From Mustelus asterias (lineage: Eukaryota): a DNA stretch of 64,000 bases. The position numbers and the translations under genes are program-made. Below, piece after piece: positions 62,490 through 64,000 of this stretch. The notes beneath the pieces are model-generated. The model was not told the origin of the DNA. It ran no database searches and saw only the letters and a program-made list of their open reading frames with translations. The stretch is taken from NCBI RefSeq assembly GCF_964213995.1, contig NC_135825.1:31186001-31250000 (forward strand), written 5' to 3'. The first letter of the stretch is position 1. Every line of letters starts with the position of its first letter.

Positions 62490-62660
62490 AACTGGAATAT
62501 TATTGAAAAAAGAGACACGCTGGTCGAAGCTTCTGATCTTGCACTCATCAGAACAGAAGCAAGAATGTCAAATTTCAACAGCAGCAACAATTTATGCTAC
62601 ATGAGAAAAGGATGCTGATTGGTTGGCAAGTCAACTCTGGTCAAGATGTTTCCATGGAGA
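62490..62660 (-). mobile_element. Third PLE-type remnant with hammerhead-like motif (62523-62554)
   Basis: The - strand reads gtt CTGATGA gtgcaagatc aGAA gct TC gac. Confidence 0.4.
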
Positions 62661-62744
62661 ATGCGCCAGAGAATTCCATGGAGAATTCAGCCAAGTGTTG
62701 GTCAATCGTGGAACCACAGCTAACGTTAGATTGGACCAAAGCTT

Positions 62745-63362
62745 TCTGTTTCTGGATCATTGAAGACTGGATGTATGTCAGAACACTGTGCAAGTCCTGA
62801 TCTCCTGCATGGTCATTGTCCAGGAAATTTCAACTCCTGATGGGCAATTCCCCCACTCCCTGGGACCTTAGTGAATATCTCTGACTCTTAGCTAGAGTTG
62901 GAGATTATAGGCAGTTCTGTCAGACTTACCCGAATAGTTACCCAGGAAATGTTAGGAAAAATACCTAGTCTCACTCTGGAAATGACCCGATCGCTCATGC
63001 AGGCTCCCTGGCCAACTACTCCACCTGGCCCCCATATCTGATTGTTACCTCATCCACCTGACACCTCACAAGCACTACCCCATTTACCTCACTCACCCCT
63101 ATCCATCCCTACCATTCAACTGCTCACCCATTCACCAACATTCAAACTGCACCTTTAAATTTACCATACGACAGTGTGTCCCGTCTTCCTTTCTACTCTG
63201 CTCTGAAGTGATGGAGCTCTCCGAGGGAACACCGTGTTCCACATTTCTGGGAAAGTTGATCTTGGAAGATCCAGAAAGAAATACGGTGCAGCATCGCAAT
63301 CAGGGGAAAGTTTCAGCAGAGTGGCAATACAACAGTAATGCACTTCCTGGAAGATCTGCGCC
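62745..63362. mobile_element. Non-autonomous DNA transposon, family of 15826-17788
   Basis: Shared internal motifs, C-rich core, terminus gaagatctgcgcc. Confidence 0.5.
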
Positions 63363-64000
63363 ATTATGCTCTTGAATTTTGCAAGCTTAGGCTGGTTGAG
63401 TATCGTCAGTAGCTTGAGTATTGCAAATAGCCAAAGGTTATAAATAGAACTTTTAGTAATTAAATCATATGAGTGGTAACGGATGTGGTGCGTTGATAGG
63501 CTCTGTAATGGACTTGTTCCTAGTATTGGACATGATGAGGGATCATGTAGTAATGGATAGAATATGCATTTATTGTTCCGAGATGGTACTACACATTGAA
63601 AAGCAATGTGTTTGACTCTTAAAATGCCCTCTGAAATGGCCTAGCAAGCCACTCAGTTCAAGGGCAATTAGGGATGGGAAACAAATGCTGGCCCATGTCC
63701 CATGAATTGATATTTAAGAAAATGTTCTGATTGTATCAGAATAATTATGCTTCATAAACCGATCATCATACTGTTAGCAAAACAAATACAGCTGACCAAC
63801 GCTTCAATGTTTTGGATAACACTGTGTCTTTTAATATACTGTACTGCAAAAACACAGTGATGTTTATCAATGTAGTGTTTAAAGCAGAGGTTTCTTTGTC
63901 GTGATGGAGAGTAGTTTGGTCATTTGGAACATTTGTCTCGGTATCGAGAGCAACCAGTTCCTGTAGAAAATGTTTTTTCTCCAACTCTGTTTTACATCCA

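Noticed and set aside
59681-64000. HMGA1 third AT-hook and acidic-tail exons
   Set aside because: No (R/K)PRGRP(K/R)K or acidic-tail exon with splice sites was found by eye; they presumably lie beyond the window.

Overview
Vertebrate genomic DNA, almost certainly from a shark or other elasmobranch: it carries HE1-type V-SINEs, HER1/CR1 LINEs and SacSINE1/Deu-type SINEs. The window is repeat-dense. The only host gene I can support is HMGA1 on the + strand: coding exons 55241-55342 and 59597-59680 encode two AT-hooks, and the remaining exons are not seen in the window. About 54 kb upstream of it has no recognisable host exon. That region holds CR1, Tx1, L2 and Rex1 LINE fragments, Penelope-like elements (PLEs) with minimal hammerhead ribozyme motifs, a decayed Harbinger transposase with related MITEs, short solo LTRs and a 2.3 kb 18-bp minisatellite. 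The most unusual signal is two diverged, inverted copies of a rearranged U2-snRNA-derived interspersed element (SINEU-like) in the HMGA1 intron. Other highlights are hammerhead-bearing PLE fold-back mini-elements with a tRNA-Ala-like tail, a minisatellite seeded inside a SINE, an HE1-headed SINE with a swapped tail, and a templated inverted insertion inside a CR1. All family names come from manual motif recognition, not database searches, and repeat boundaries are approximate unless a target-site duplication (TSD) is quoted.
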